Made by a program: the position numbers and the translations under genes
Assembly (NCBI GenBank): GCA_963847625.1
Contig: CAWKAR010000019.1
Location: 64,001-128,000 of the forward strand
Source of the DNA: a candidate division FCPU426 bacterium
GTDB lineage: Bacteria > Oederibacteriota > Muellerivitia > Muellerivitales > Muellerivitaceae
Length of the DNA: 64,000 nucleotides
Direction of reading: 5' to 3'
Notes under the pieces: generated by a model
The model's database searches: none
Told to the model about the DNA's origin: nothing
What the model saw: the letters and a program-made list of their open reading frames with translations, nothing else
Shown here: positions 22,045 through 32,256 of the stretch, piece by piece
Numbering within the stretch: position 1 is the stretch's first letter
Layout: each line of letters starts with the position of its first letter

Positions 22045-23121
22045 TTAGTTCCAGGTCACATCCAGGGTGGCGGTTCCCTTCACGGCAAGCCGCATGACGA
22101 TACCCTCGTTGTCGGCGTATCCGCCCAATACCTCGAAAGATTTCACCTGCGTGTTGAGGCGGGTATAACGGCTCAAGGGCCGGTTTAAAGCCTTGTCCAT
22201 GATTTCCTTATATTCATCCAGTTTAAAACCGATAGGAAGTTTAGCGATCCGGCGCAACACATTTTTAAAATCCGATTTGTGTATCCAATCGGCGATTTGA
22301 AGCAATAAGTCGTTGGATTTGATGTCATAGTCCAGGTCCGGAAAATCAAATACCCGGTGTTTTGGATGGTACCGGGGGGTTCCCCGCAGGTAAACCGTCA
22401 GTTTAGCCGGCTTGCCCGCGAAATTGATGATTGGATTGTAGTGCAATTTCGCTTCGGCGATCACCTTGCCGCCCGACCCGTAAAACCGGATCCCATCGAG
22501 GGTCAGCTTTCGCCCTCCCGTGCCGGGCAAGACCATGCCGACCAGCTTCTGCCGGGGGTCCTGGAAAAATTGGTTAACTTCCTTATAACTCACGCGGGTA
22601 TTGCTCATCGCCCGAAAGATCCCGGGCCCCGCCTCAAAGGTCTGAAGCGGGGGCATTTTCACGGGTGTGGCCGGTGGTTTGGGCCCGAAGACAATCTCCG
22701 GTTCGGCGGTCATTTCCAAAACCGTGTGGATGGTCGACGCCCGTTTGCGGTTGTTCCGCATTCTCCCGATGCTTAAGGTCTGGGGCCGGATCAAGAGCCA
22801 AATGCCCTTATCCAGGTAGATCGGATCCTGCATCTTCGCCCAAAGATCCGCGATATGGGATTTCATATGAAGCCCTGGCATCCCGAGCAGGTACGGGACC
22901 AGTTGCTTAAGTTCGCCCTTGAAAAAGTTGGAGATATGCCGGACGACACCCCCCCCGCCAGGAAAGACGATCTCCACCGGCAGGCGCACCAGGGCGGGTT
23001 TTACCGGGGGAAAGCTCCTGGCTGGCGACGGCAGCACTTTTACATAATGCGAAGGAACGGTGCCGCATCCCGCCGCGAGGAATAGAAGGGCCAAAAGGAA
23101 AGCCAGCCGGCCTGATCTCAT
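22045..23121 (-). CDS. DUF4403-like lipoprotein
   Basis: Lipobox AAGC; LWAKMQDPIYL..IWLLIRP, LYLRGTP-like and LDYDIKS patterns. Confidence 0.6.
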   Translation of the reverse strand: MRSGRLAFLLALLFLAAGCGTVPSHYVKVLPSPARSFPPVKPALVRLPVEIVFPGGGGVVRHISNFFKGELKQLVPYLLGMPGLHMKSHIADLWAKMQDPIYLDKGIWLLIRPQTLSIGRMRNNRKRASTIHTVLEMTAEPEIVFGPKPPATPVKMPPLQTFEAGPGIFRAMSNTRVSYKEVNQFFQDPRQKLVGMVLPGTGGRKLTLDGIRFYGSGGKVIAEAKLHYNPIINFAGKPAKLTVYLRGTPRYHPKHRVFDFPDLDYDIKSNDLLLQIADWIHKSDFKNVLRRIAKLPIGFKLDEYKEIMDKALNRPLSRYTRLNTQVKSFEVLGGYADNEGIVMRLAVKGTATLDVTWN

Positions 23122-23393
23122 GTGGGGGAGAAAATTCAAGAAGGACTTCCCGGTCGGAGTTCCTCTTCCAAGGCTTTTTTTAGGTAACCGGTGCCTAACG
23201 CGAGCACCACCCAAAACGATAACCTGATTTTGCGAATAAAAGACTTCATCCGTTCCTTCCCGGAAAGGTTATAAGCTGCGCCCCATTCGTGGCAGGGATA
23301 GTTTAACTGAGTAAGGCATGACTGGCAAAGTGGGATTCAGCCGTGATAAACATCAAAAGATGGAAGAAATGGGGGAGAAAAGGAGTGCATGAA

Positions 23394-23434
23394 CATGAAA
23401 TAGTAGTAGGTAAGCAACCCGGTCTTCAATCAAT
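23394..23434 (-). promoter_or_regulatory. Second copy of the 41-bp upstream element
   Basis: 37/41 identical to 21201-21241. Confidence 0.45.
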
Positions 23435-23665
23435 CAAACCTATATTGAAGTGTTTAAATCAGGCCCTATTTCCCGAAGTAAGACATAATTTATGCCTTAC
23501 CTAAAAGGCGATTTTCATGCAAAATTTCCAGTCGATTTCAACCGTTGATTTTATACTTAATGGAAAACTGGGTTTGTCGAAATAAATAAATTTTTCAAAT
23601 AATACTAACTGATTGTTGAAAAAAATCATTTAATGCTTTTTAGTATCCCGAATGGAAAATACAGA

Positions 23666-24717
23666 CCCCAGTTCAATAACGAAGTGCAACACTTAGACCC
23701 GGCAGAACCCGGGGGTTATCCTAAGTGCTATGAAATCATCCTACAAGCATCTGTCGTTAGCCGAACGTGAAGAAATTTCAGTTTGGAATGCTGAAGGCCT
23801 CTCCCTTCGGGAAATCGCACGCCGTCTGGGCCGTGATGTATCCAGCATTTCCCGAGAACTGAAGCGCAACGCCCCTCCTATACGATCTCGCCGCTACCTG
23901 CCCGCCAGAGCTCACATGCGTGCAGAACACCGAAACCGTCTTTCACGTACTCATTTAAGGCTTAAAAATCCTGAGATTCGCCGTTTAGTACTGCGAGAAA
24001 TACCTCGTGGACTCTCGCCCGAGCAAATTGCCGGTTTTCTTCGCCGGGAGAAACCAAAACTTTCCGTTTCCCATGAAGCCATCTATCAATTCATCTACTG
24101 CGAAGCTCGAAACCTCATTCCTCATCTAGCCCGGGCCCATCGAAAACGTTTGCGACGTTGGCACACTCAAAAACATCGCAAAAGCCATATTCCTCAACGT
24201 ACTCCCATTACCCAACGACCAGCTATCGTTGAAACAAGACAGCAATTCGGGCACTGGGAGGCCGACACCATCATCTCCCGGAAAAGCAAACCCTCACTTC
24301 TGGTTATGGTCGAGCGCAAAAGTCGTCTGGTGAAACTGGCTTGGCTACCTCAAAAATCAGCTTTCCACACTAGAGCCGCAATCAACCGTCGGTTGGTTCG
24401 GATTTCAAAAGGCCTCCGCCGTACCATCACATACGACAATGGCTCCGAAAACGTCGAACATCTCCAGGTGAATCGTGTTTCAGGCACTCGTTCATTCTTT
24501 TGTTTGCCCTTCCACAGTTGGGAGAAAGGTTGTGTTGAAAATACTGCAGGTCTTGTTCGTCGCTTCTATCCCAAGAAAACGGATTTTGCTACTATAACCC
24601 CAGCGAATGTACGACGCGTGGAACGGATCCTAAACCATCGTCCTCGCAAGTGCCTTCGTTTCAAAACGCCGGAGCAGGTCTTTAGTCAAGGTGTTGCACT
24701 TACTGGTTGAATTCAGC
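23666..24717 (+). mobile_element. IS30-family element (type 1), 1052 bp
   Basis: 27-bp imperfect terminal IRs ending AAGTGCAACAC; 3-bp AGA target duplication; transposase inside. Confidence 0.92.
23730..24710 (+). CDS. IS30-family transposase
   Basis: HTH (SLREIARRLGRDVSSISRELKRN), GHWEADT, TYDNGSE, WEKGCVEN, LNHRPRKCL. Confidence 0.95.
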   Translation: MKSSYKHLSLAEREEISVWNAEGLSLREIARRLGRDVSSISRELKRNAPPIRSRRYLPARAHMRAEHRNRLSRTHLRLKNPEIRRLVLREIPRGLSPEQIAGFLRREKPKLSVSHEAIYQFIYCEARNLIPHLARAHRKRLRRWHTQKHRKSHIPQRTPITQRPAIVETRQQFGHWEADTIISRKSKPSLLVMVERKSRLVKLAWLPQKSAFHTRAAINRRLVRISKGLRRTITYDNGSENVEHLQVNRVSGTRSFFCLPFHSWEKGCVENTAGLVRRFYPKKTDFATITPANVRRVERILNHRPRKCLRFKTPEQVFSQGVALTG

Positions 24718-24954
24718 AGATCATCAAATTATTCTTATGTTCGGTAAGAATGTCCGCAAGATCCGCAAAACACATGGGTGGACCCAGCAAACATTGGGCG
24801 ACCGTGTTGGCTTGCAGGCCAGCTACATCGGTTTCGTGGAACGGGGCGAGAGAAGCATCACGGTTAAAAATGTCGTTAAGATCCGCCATGCTTTGGGTTG
24901 CTCTATCAACAAACTCTTCGAGGGAATTTAAAAAGATGAGGCCCCGGGCCATAT

Positions 24955-25197
24955 TTATGGGGTTCCATTAGATCCCCCCGCGGGCGGAAGATTTTTCAAG
25001 TTCATTCCATCAAAATTATAATCCACCGAAACCCACTTGCACTTTAACCCTTGTTTATCGCAACTATTGGCTTCGCTGCACCTTCTCCTTCCGCCACTGA
25101 TTACAACCCGGTCCCCGCGGTTTACCCGGTTTATCTCATGGATCAGATAGACGTCCTTTTGAAGGATATAGCACCGTTTTAATTCTTTTCTTTCCAT
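24955..25197 (-). CDS. Small Cys-containing hypothetical protein
   Basis: 80-aa ORF with GGTGG/GAG RBS-like sequence; no recognised motif. Confidence 0.45.
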   Translation of the reverse strand: MERKELKRCYILQKDVYLIHEINRVNRGDRVVISGGRRRCSEANSCDKQGLKCKWVSVDYNFDGMNLKNLPPAGGSNGTP

Positions 25198-25547
25198 GGC
25201 TCACCACCCTGCGACAAAGCACCCACATAAATCATATCGCTTTAAAAAACTTTTGGTCAAAACAGGCGGATGGGGGTTTCACGAGTCACCTATGCTTTTG
25301 CGCCCGCGGCCCATTCAATTTTAAGATTCACTGATCAAAAAATCTTTCAGGGAACGGATGGAGGTATCCCGTTAGAAAAATCCGTGGAATCATTACTCCG
25401 AATTTTTCACTCGTAACTTTTTTCTTTTAGATTGCACCGGCGGGAGAATCGCTGCTTGAATATGAAAAGGTGGAAGACAGCTAACCTGGTCTTCGGTCAA
25501 ATAATTTTAAAATGAAATATGTAGGCCAGCATCATTTTTTGAAAATC

Positions 25548-26333
25548 CTATTTAAATCTTTTACGGGGATTTTGGGACATCACATCCTGGAGGAATCCCG
25601 TGACGGCCATGGTGGTGCCATAGGTCAACACATGGCCGATCTGGAATTCCCTTAAAACCGGATGGTACCCCGCCCGCTTTAACGCCCTCAACGTTCCCTC
25701 GGTGTCTTCATTCTGGACGATGGGGTCCCAGGTTCCATGCACGAGCAAAATGGGCGTATTAAGGGGTGCCGAGGGATGCGCCAGCGTCTTTTCCGGATTC
25801 GCGATATAGCCGCTCAACGAAACAACCGCCTTGATGTTCCCCTTGTAATTCAGCCCGGCCTCCAATGCCATGACGGCGCCTTGGGAAACACCCATGATGA
25901 TTACCGGCCTCGGCTTGGGCGGTTCCGCGCGGCCGGAGGAGTTCGAAGGATCGTGGGAAAAATGGTTCATGACATCAAAAAGATAATCCCGGCTGTATTC
26001 CACATCCTTGCGGCTGTGGGTAAACCGGCCGTACCAGAAATGGGCGCCCCCAAAACGGCCCAAAGGGAGGGGGCCATCCGGCAGGACGATCCGGCAGGGG
26101 GGGATGTAGAGTTGGTCAGCGAGGGCGATCATCGCGTCAGCACTGCTTTTGGATCCGTGCAGGATCACCACCACCGGCGCGCCGGGGGGGAGGTCCGCGG
26201 GTTCTGAAACCAGACAGCGGTGGCTTTGGACGTAAACTTCGGAAAAGGAGGTTTCCCCCAGGGCGGGCGCGGCGATGAATAGAATCCCCGCCCAAACCAG
26301 CGCACCGTCAACCCGGAACAATCGTTTCAACAT
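25548..26333 (-). CDS. Alpha/beta hydrolase, phospholipase/carboxylesterase family, secreted
   Basis: ILHG, GVSQGA nucleophile elbow, LSGY, HGTWDPIV, GH. Confidence 0.85.
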   Translation of the reverse strand: MLKRLFRVDGALVWAGILFIAAPALGETSFSEVYVQSHRCLVSEPADLPPGAPVVVILHGSKSSADAMIALADQLYIPPCRIVLPDGPLPLGRFGGAHFWYGRFTHSRKDVEYSRDYLFDVMNHFSHDPSNSSGRAEPPKPRPVIIMGVSQGAVMALEAGLNYKGNIKAVVSLSGYIANPEKTLAHPSAPLNTPILLVHGTWDPIVQNEDTEGTLRALKRAGYHPVLREFQIGHVLTYGTTMAVTGFLQDVMSQNPRKRFK

Positions 26334-26426
26334 TTTTTCCCCAACCTCCCGTTTAACAAATAAATCCAACCCATCTTCAGCCATTGCCGGTCAAAGCCGG
26401 GAAACCCCCGCGAATCAGGCAGCGTC

Positions 26427-28130
26427 TCATATTTTAAGGTCGAAGTATTTCGAAAATTGGAAATAAGCCTGCCCGAACGGAAAATCGCGGTCATTGAACA
26501 AATGGTCCAAGGTCGGTTGGGCGGCCAAGGATCCAGCGGTCCTGATTTTATCGTAATGGTCCAGGCCGATCGCCAGGGCCCACCCGGAATCAAAGGCGTA
26601 CTCCACCCCCCCGCCCCAGTGGTATCCCAAAACCGTGGCATTGGAACTGGAACTCCCCGCGCTGTAAAAGTCCAGGCCCGTATTGAGGAAGGGCCGGAAA
26701 TTGTCAACCCAGGGGTTCCACCGGACATCCAGTTGGGTGGGAAAAATATTGTCGAAGAATCCCGTGGAAATTTGGAAACATTGGTAGTACGGCCAGGACA
26801 CCAGCCAGCTGGCCCTGAACCCGTTCGAGAAGGAATCGGAGGCGTACCCGAACTGGCTGGAGATGCCGAAGGCCGCCACTCCGCTGAAATCAGTGATTTT
26901 CTCGATCGTATGGACCCCGTCGAACAGGTCATAAAAATGATTTTCCCCCCGTGGACCGCCCCGGTCCGTCAGCAGCCGCCGCGAAGGCCCCAACCCCTGG
27001 TTCAGGAACAGGTACAGGTCGTCGATGACGCCGTCATGCTCGTATAACGCGTGCCCCAATCCCCAATCGACGGCGATGCCGGTGGCGTCCAGGGTGACCG
27101 CCCCCTTCAAACCGCGAAGGGCTTCCCCGCCCTGGCCGACCCGGCGGGCGCGGCAGTCCGAACGGTTCACGAAATCGGAGGCGCGCAGGACGCTGTCGTT
27201 CGACGATACGTATAAAACCAGCTTTTTTTGGAAAGGCCCGAACTTGCTGAAAAAACCGTCCGGTCCCGTGAACTCGTCGGTGCAAATATCCGCCGAGATG
27301 AAAACGACATGCTTGATTTTCCGCGCGAAAAGCTTCACTCGTTTCTTATCAGATGCCATCCTCGCGAGGGCCTCGGACAAAAGATAAGTCCCCATGCTAT
27401 GGGCCACCAGGGTGATTTGCCCGTCCCGGGTTTGCCGCCGGGCGGCGACCTTCGTGAGAAAATCAACCAGGTCGTTGATGGTTGCGGCCTTTTCAACTTT
27501 CTTCTGGTCGTTTTCGTAATCAGAAATCCAAACTTCCCCGTCGGAGGGCCAGCTGTAACAAAGCGGCTCCCCGGGAAGCTGGAGGTCGTAGGCCATTTGG
27601 GCGGTAGCGACCGCCGCGGATTTGAACGTGCAGTTGTAACCGTGGATAAAAACAATCGTGCCGGTGGACTCATTTTTCCGGTTGTAATGTTTCCCGCTGT
27701 TGGAAAGGTCACCGCCGAGCCGGCTGTTGAACGCGTCTTCCGTCATCTCATTGGCGGTCAATGTTGGTTGGTGCAGGTTCAAGGCCGGGGTGTATTGAAG
27801 CCATTCCGAGAAGGGGTTCTTGGCCCGGCGGTAGTTCACTTTGAGTGTCACGAGAGCTTCCCCGTAATGCGGGCATTTCAGGTCCCGCTTGGATCCGTAG
27901 CCAACCCCGGTTTTTACCCGGTCCGTGCCGTAAAACACTTTCACCACAGGGTCATAAGCGGCGTTCAATTGGATGGCCGTGGGATCGGGAACCGCCGGCT
28001 CTGGCTTCGCGCCAGCCAGGCCCGGGGCACACAATACCAGGCCCAGGATGAAATGGAACCAGCTCGGGGCGGGGAAATCTTTCACCGGAAAAGACCTTGG
28101 ATACGGTTTTTGGGTAACCCTATTTTTCAT
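26427..28130 (-). CDS. DUF900-type alpha/beta hydrolase with C-terminal outer-membrane beta-barrel-like domain
   Basis: VFYGTDR, FIHGYN, YSWPS, AHSMG, D..L..S, GH; C-terminal RPFLNTGLDF, GYHWGGGVEYAF amphipathic strands. Confidence 0.75.
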   Translation of the reverse strand: MKNRVTQKPYPRSFPVKDFPAPSWFHFILGLVLCAPGLAGAKPEPAVPDPTAIQLNAAYDPVVKVFYGTDRVKTGVGYGSKRDLKCPHYGEALVTLKVNYRRAKNPFSEWLQYTPALNLHQPTLTANEMTEDAFNSRLGGDLSNSGKHYNRKNESTGTIVFIHGYNCTFKSAAVATAQMAYDLQLPGEPLCYSWPSDGEVWISDYENDQKKVEKAATINDLVDFLTKVAARRQTRDGQITLVAHSMGTYLLSEALARMASDKKRVKLFARKIKHVVFISADICTDEFTGPDGFFSKFGPFQKKLVLYVSSNDSVLRASDFVNRSDCRARRVGQGGEALRGLKGAVTLDATGIAVDWGLGHALYEHDGVIDDLYLFLNQGLGPSRRLLTDRGGPRGENHFYDLFDGVHTIEKITDFSGVAAFGISSQFGYASDSFSNGFRASWLVSWPYYQCFQISTGFFDNIFPTQLDVRWNPWVDNFRPFLNTGLDFYSAGSSSSNATVLGYHWGGGVEYAFDSGWALAIGLDHYDKIRTAGSLAAQPTLDHLFNDRDFPFGQAYFQFSKYFDLKI

Positions 28131-28250
28131 AGTTAAGTCCCATCATATCCCCTAAATCACATTCCAGTGCCTCTTCAGCGCATTTTTTTATCCGCGATAC
28201 GCGCACTCTAACCGATCGGGATCGGGAGGATGACAAACCCTTACGAGTTT

Positions 28251-29705
28251 TCAATATAGCCCGTTGAGGATGTACTGCTCGAAAAAATCCTTGTTGATGA
28301 ACGCCGCGGTACTGTCCAGGAAATTGTCCCCCGTGACCGCCGCCACCAGGTCGAGTTCCGGGACGACGAGGATGCACTGCCCCCCCGCCCCCAGTGCGGC
28401 GATGAGTTTCAAGTTCTTGCCATGGAGGGAAACCCGGCCCAGCCACCAAAGGTACCCATATTGCCAGTTCCCCATAATGTTCGCGCCTTCAACGTTCGCG
28501 CGGGCCGTCGTGGCCCGTTTCACCCATTCTTCCGAGAGAATCCGCTTCCCTTTCCACATCCCCTTCCCCGAAACCAGGCACCCCAGCCTGGCCATGTCCC
28601 GGGGCCGCATCCACAACCCCCCGGCGATGTCTGCCACGAACCCCGGCCCGGAATCCCACCGTTGGGGCGGAATCCCTAGAGGATCAAAAAGTTTTTCCCG
28701 GGCGAAAACCGGCACGCTGGCCCCGGTTTTCCTAGCCAGGACGGCCCCAAGGGGCACGAGGGCGGCGTTGCTGTAAGCGAAACTGCTTCCGGGTTCCCGG
28801 GCGAGGGAAAGCGAGAGGCTGAAATTCAGCCAGTCGCCGGAGTTGTAAAAATCCTCCGCGCAGGCCTTGGCGGGGTCGTTGTCGTCGCAATCAAGCCCCG
28901 AGGTCATGGACAGGATGGACCCCAATGTGATCTTGTCCTTGTCCTTCTGCCAGCCCTCCCGGACCCGGTATTCCGGGAAATAATCGTAGAGCTTTTCTTC
29001 CGGACGCAGGAGGCCCCCGTCCGAGGCGATTCCGAAGAGCAGGCTGAACACCGACTTGGTGGCCGAGATCAAACGGTGGGAATCCGCGGGGCCGTCCCCG
29101 GCAAAAGTCTCGTCGAGCACCAGTTTTCCATGGCGGGCTACCACCATCCCGCGAACCAGGGGGAAGGTTCCGTCGAGAATCCGGTTAATCCCGGTTTCCA
29201 GGATCTTCAAGTCTTTCCCGCCGAGGCGCAGGTCGTCTGTTTCCCAGCCGTCGCCAGCCGTTTGGGGAACTCGGTAGGAGTAAGCGAGGGGCTCCTTCTT
29301 TTTTTTCGAAAACCAGGTTATCCAGGGGTCCGTTTCCCGGCTCAAAACCCAGTCGCGGGCCTTTCCAGCCGTCTTGGTGGTGCCATCCAGGACGCGTCCG
29401 CCCCAATCCATCCGCAGATCCGCCGTCTCCCGGACCTTTTTATCACCGGTGAATTCGAAATGAAAAACGCCATCCTTGAACGAAACCCGCTCGAGCGGCT
29501 GGTCATAGACCCCGTCGTCGAGGCGGCTGAGGCCGCCCGCAATTCCCCCCTTGGCATCCCGGGAGACCTCCAGGGCGACACGGAGCTTTTGTTTTCCGTC
29601 GAAGATGCACCCGCGCCAATGGCCTTCCGGCCCCTTCCGGGCGCAGGTGATGGATAGAAAAGCGAAGAAGCAAAGGACGGCGGTCGACATGAGACGCCTG
29701 GGCAT
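28251..29705 (-). CDS. Serine hydrolase, beta-lactamase class C-like family
   Basis: SATK (SxxK), LSMTSG, PG..FAYSN (YxN), RPRDMARLG, YGYLWW, GAGGQ. Confidence 0.88.
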   Translation of the reverse strand: MPRRLMSTAVLCFFAFLSITCARKGPEGHWRGCIFDGKQKLRVALEVSRDAKGGIAGGLSRLDDGVYDQPLERVSFKDGVFHFEFTGDKKVRETADLRMDWGGRVLDGTTKTAGKARDWVLSRETDPWITWFSKKKKEPLAYSYRVPQTAGDGWETDDLRLGGKDLKILETGINRILDGTFPLVRGMVVARHGKLVLDETFAGDGPADSHRLISATKSVFSLLFGIASDGGLLRPEEKLYDYFPEYRVREGWQKDKDKITLGSILSMTSGLDCDDNDPAKACAEDFYNSGDWLNFSLSLSLAREPGSSFAYSNAALVPLGAVLARKTGASVPVFAREKLFDPLGIPPQRWDSGPGFVADIAGGLWMRPRDMARLGCLVSGKGMWKGKRILSEEWVKRATTARANVEGANIMGNWQYGYLWWLGRVSLHGKNLKLIAALGAGGQCILVVPELDLVAAVTGDNFLDSTAAFINKDFFEQYILNGLY

Positions 29706-29819
29706 GGATGGCTTCCTCTCGGATAATTTCCTTCTCAATGATCGCCATTCTTCACGGGTTCACAACCAATCTTTTTGAACAAAACCGGTAAAAACGGAGG
29801 CCGAAAAGCCGCGCAGGCT

Positions 29820-30347
29820 TTAATGAATAATATAAATATTAGGGGTTTGGGAATAGGTGGCTGGTGCTCCGGGTATCACCGTCCCAACAGTCGTTGTCAG
29901 TAAAATCCCAGGAACCATCGGGTTGCCGTCAGACGCGCATTTCCAAACCTTGACGGCAACTTGGCGGGCCTGGGGGTTTCCGGCCGCCGGGCTGACTTGG
30001 ATCTGGCGCAAATACCGCCAATGGCCGTTCTCCTGCCGGTTGTCGCTCAAAGGGTCCCCTGGCAGGCTGACCTGCTTATCGGCCGTCAGGATCAGGTTGT
30101 ATTGTGAATTATCATTATAGCCGTTCAGGATCATCCCTCCGGTGTATGGGTTGCCATTGGCGTAGGCCTCTAGTTCGTTGAACATTTGCTGGGCCTTCAT
30201 CGCGGCGTAACTACGGTCTTGAAGGGCCACAATCTTTCTGGTCAAAACCATCAGGGATAGGACCATCGACTGTGAGATTAAACCCAGAATCAATATGGTC
30301 AGGCACATGTCCAACAAAGTGAGGCCCTTTTCATCAAGCCTTTTCAT
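29820..30347 (-). CDS. Prepilin/pseudopilin-like protein
   Basis: MKRLDEKG|LTLLDM class III-like signal followed by hydrophobic helix; RQVAVKVW. Confidence 0.6.
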   Translation of the reverse strand: MKRLDEKGLTLLDMCLTILILGLISQSMVLSLMVLTRKIVALQDRSYAAMKAQQMFNELEAYANGNPYTGGMILNGYNDNSQYNLILTADKQVSLPGDPLSDNRQENGHWRYLRQIQVSPAAGNPQARQVAVKVWKCASDGNPMVPGILLTTTVGTVIPGAPATYSQTPNIYIIH

Positions 30348-30707
30348 ATCCCACCTGGTTTCGATCGTTACGAAGAGTCAACCTACCCCACAACTGTCCA
30401 AAATAATACCTAGCCACGGATATGCCGATCATCCATAAAAACATAATGAGATCGGTATGATACCAGCCCCATTAAAAGATTTATTGAAGGCTGGCATACA
30501 TGGGATTCATGGGATTTGATAAACAAAAATATTTAAAGCCTTTTTTGGCCAATCCGAGTGCATGCCGAACCACATTAAAGCTTTCAATGAAAGTTCGGTA
30601 TAGTACCGATTTCCTTAACTGCTTTAGTAGTGAATCGGCACATCCCCTGAATCCGTGGCAAAAGACTTGGTTTTGCTTAACGCCTTTTAGAATTTAAAAT
30701 ACCTGAT

Positions 30708-31762
30708 CCCGAGTTCCATAAGTAAGTGCAACACTTAGTGTCTGAAGAAGGCCGCATGAATAGGATATGCGGCTATGAAAAAGAAATACAAGCATTTAAG
30801 CGTTGAAGAAAGAGATCATTTATCCGTCTTGAAAGGAAAGGGTCTTAGCCTTCGAGCAATTTCACGCGCCTTGAAGAGGTCTCCTTCCACCCTCTCCAGG
30901 GAACTCAAGCGCAATGCTCCCCCTATCCGTTCTGGTTATTATCTTTCTCATCGAGCCCATCAACGGTATGTTGACCGCAACCAACAACGAGCACGCCGTT
31001 TACGCCTGAAAACAAAACGAATTCGTGCCTACGTCCGTCGTCAATTGAAACGAGGCTGGTCTCCAGAACTCATTTCAGGTCGATTAGGTCACCTACGGCC
31101 TAAGCAAACCATTGGTCCTGAAGCTATCTATCAGTGGGTTTATGCTGAAGCCACTGAGCTGATTCCTTGCCTAGTTCGACACCACCGGCGACGATTCTCA
31201 TTTGGCCATAGCCGTAAGCACGCCAAAAACCATATCCCAGGCCGTGTTTCCATCGATAAGCGCTCCGAGATCGCCAATCAACGCAAGCAATTCGGCCATT
31301 GGGAAACCGACACCATGGTCTCTCGTCAGAGTAAAGTGGCTATGCGGGCTCTCGTCGAGCGTCAAAGCCGTTTTTCCAAGTTGGGAAAGCTCAAACGAAA
31401 GACCGCTCGCCAAATGAGTCATAGCCTCAACCGCGCTTTATGCCGCTTCCCTCAAGACGCCCGCCTGAGTCTGACCTATGACAACGGAACCGAAAACACC
31501 AACCACTTGGAAACCAACCACGTGCTTGGTACAAAATCCTTTTTCTGCGCCCCTTTCCACAGTTGGGAAAAAGGTACGGTGGAAAATACTATCGGTCTTG
31601 TCCGCCGCCATTTGCCTAAAAAGACTGATCTTGCTAAAGTGTCCTTCAAAGAATTCAGGACCATAGAAAGATGGCTCAATAACAGGCCCAGGAAATGTTT
31701 GGGCTTTAAAACTCCGGCGGAAGTCTTCCGGCGAAGTGTTGCACTTACTCCGTGAATTCGGC
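30708..31762 (+). mobile_element. IS30-family element (type 2), 1055 bp
   Basis: 27-bp IRs ending TAAGTGCAACAC; GAT target duplication confirmed by the empty site ACCTGATTTTATTTATC in the other family A copies. Confidence 0.92.
30775..31755 (+). CDS. IS30-family transposase (distinct from type 1)
   Basis: SRELKRN, WSPELI, GHWETDT, TYDNGTE, WEKGTVEN, LNNRPRKCLG. Confidence 0.95.
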   Translation: MKKKYKHLSVEERDHLSVLKGKGLSLRAISRALKRSPSTLSRELKRNAPPIRSGYYLSHRAHQRYVDRNQQRARRLRLKTKRIRAYVRRQLKRGWSPELISGRLGHLRPKQTIGPEAIYQWVYAEATELIPCLVRHHRRRFSFGHSRKHAKNHIPGRVSIDKRSEIANQRKQFGHWETDTMVSRQSKVAMRALVERQSRFSKLGKLKRKTARQMSHSLNRALCRFPQDARLSLTYDNGTENTNHLETNHVLGTKSFFCAPFHSWEKGTVENTIGLVRRHLPKKTDLAKVSFKEFRTIERWLNNRPRKCLGFKTPAEVFRRSVALTP

Positions 31763-31937
31763 GATTTTATTTATCCTAGTTTCTTAGATTTTGTTTTATT
31801 TGGACAGCTATGAAACCGCCCATAAGATATTAACGATTTTACCCGATATCACGCCCGCGTAAGAATAGGTTTACGCCTGGAATTCCCCATTTGGGATAAA
31901 GTCCCAATTCGTTGTACGGTTATTAAGGATGGATTCC

Positions 31938-32141
31938 GTCAAGGGACGCTCTTCGCACCGCAGCGAAGGGCAGTGCCTTCGGGTCGCCACTTGGCCGGGG
32001 CATGGTACCCCGCCCAAGTACACGGCTAGGCCCCCGGGCATGCCGACCTTCAATAAGATGTCAAAAGTGGTCGGTATAGTACCGATTTCCATATTGGTTT
32101 TTATGGTGAATCGGCACAAGCCCGGGGCCTTGGCAGCCGGT
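31938..32141. repeat. Structured repeat family B, long copy (204 bp)
   Basis: Nearly identical to 33339-33542; carries a 76-bp double-hairpin insert at 32041-32116. Confidence 0.85.
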
Positions 32142-32256
32142 GAACGTTGCCGTCGGCTGCCCGCCAAGCCTTCCGGATAATGGCTAATTCAGGGTTGTTT
32201 CTATTTTACTGGGAGCTTTGGAACCTGGGGGTATTGGGGGGTCAATCGGAGGCTGG

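Larger units (their letters stand above)
23652..24931 (+). pseudogene. XRE-family HTH regulator interrupted by IS30 at codons 4-5 (possibly rescued from TTG 24707)
   Basis: Removing the IS and one AGA gives MENTDHQIILMFGKNVRKIRKTHGWTQQTLGDRVGLQASYIGFVERGERS... Confidence 0.75.
30387..31814. repeat. MITE-like repeat family A, copy 1 (contains two mini-insertions and an IS30)
   Basis: Homologous to 41704-42094 and 44463-44650; internal IR GCCACGGAT/ATCCGTGGC; ends CTGTCCA/TGGACAG. Confidence 0.75.
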
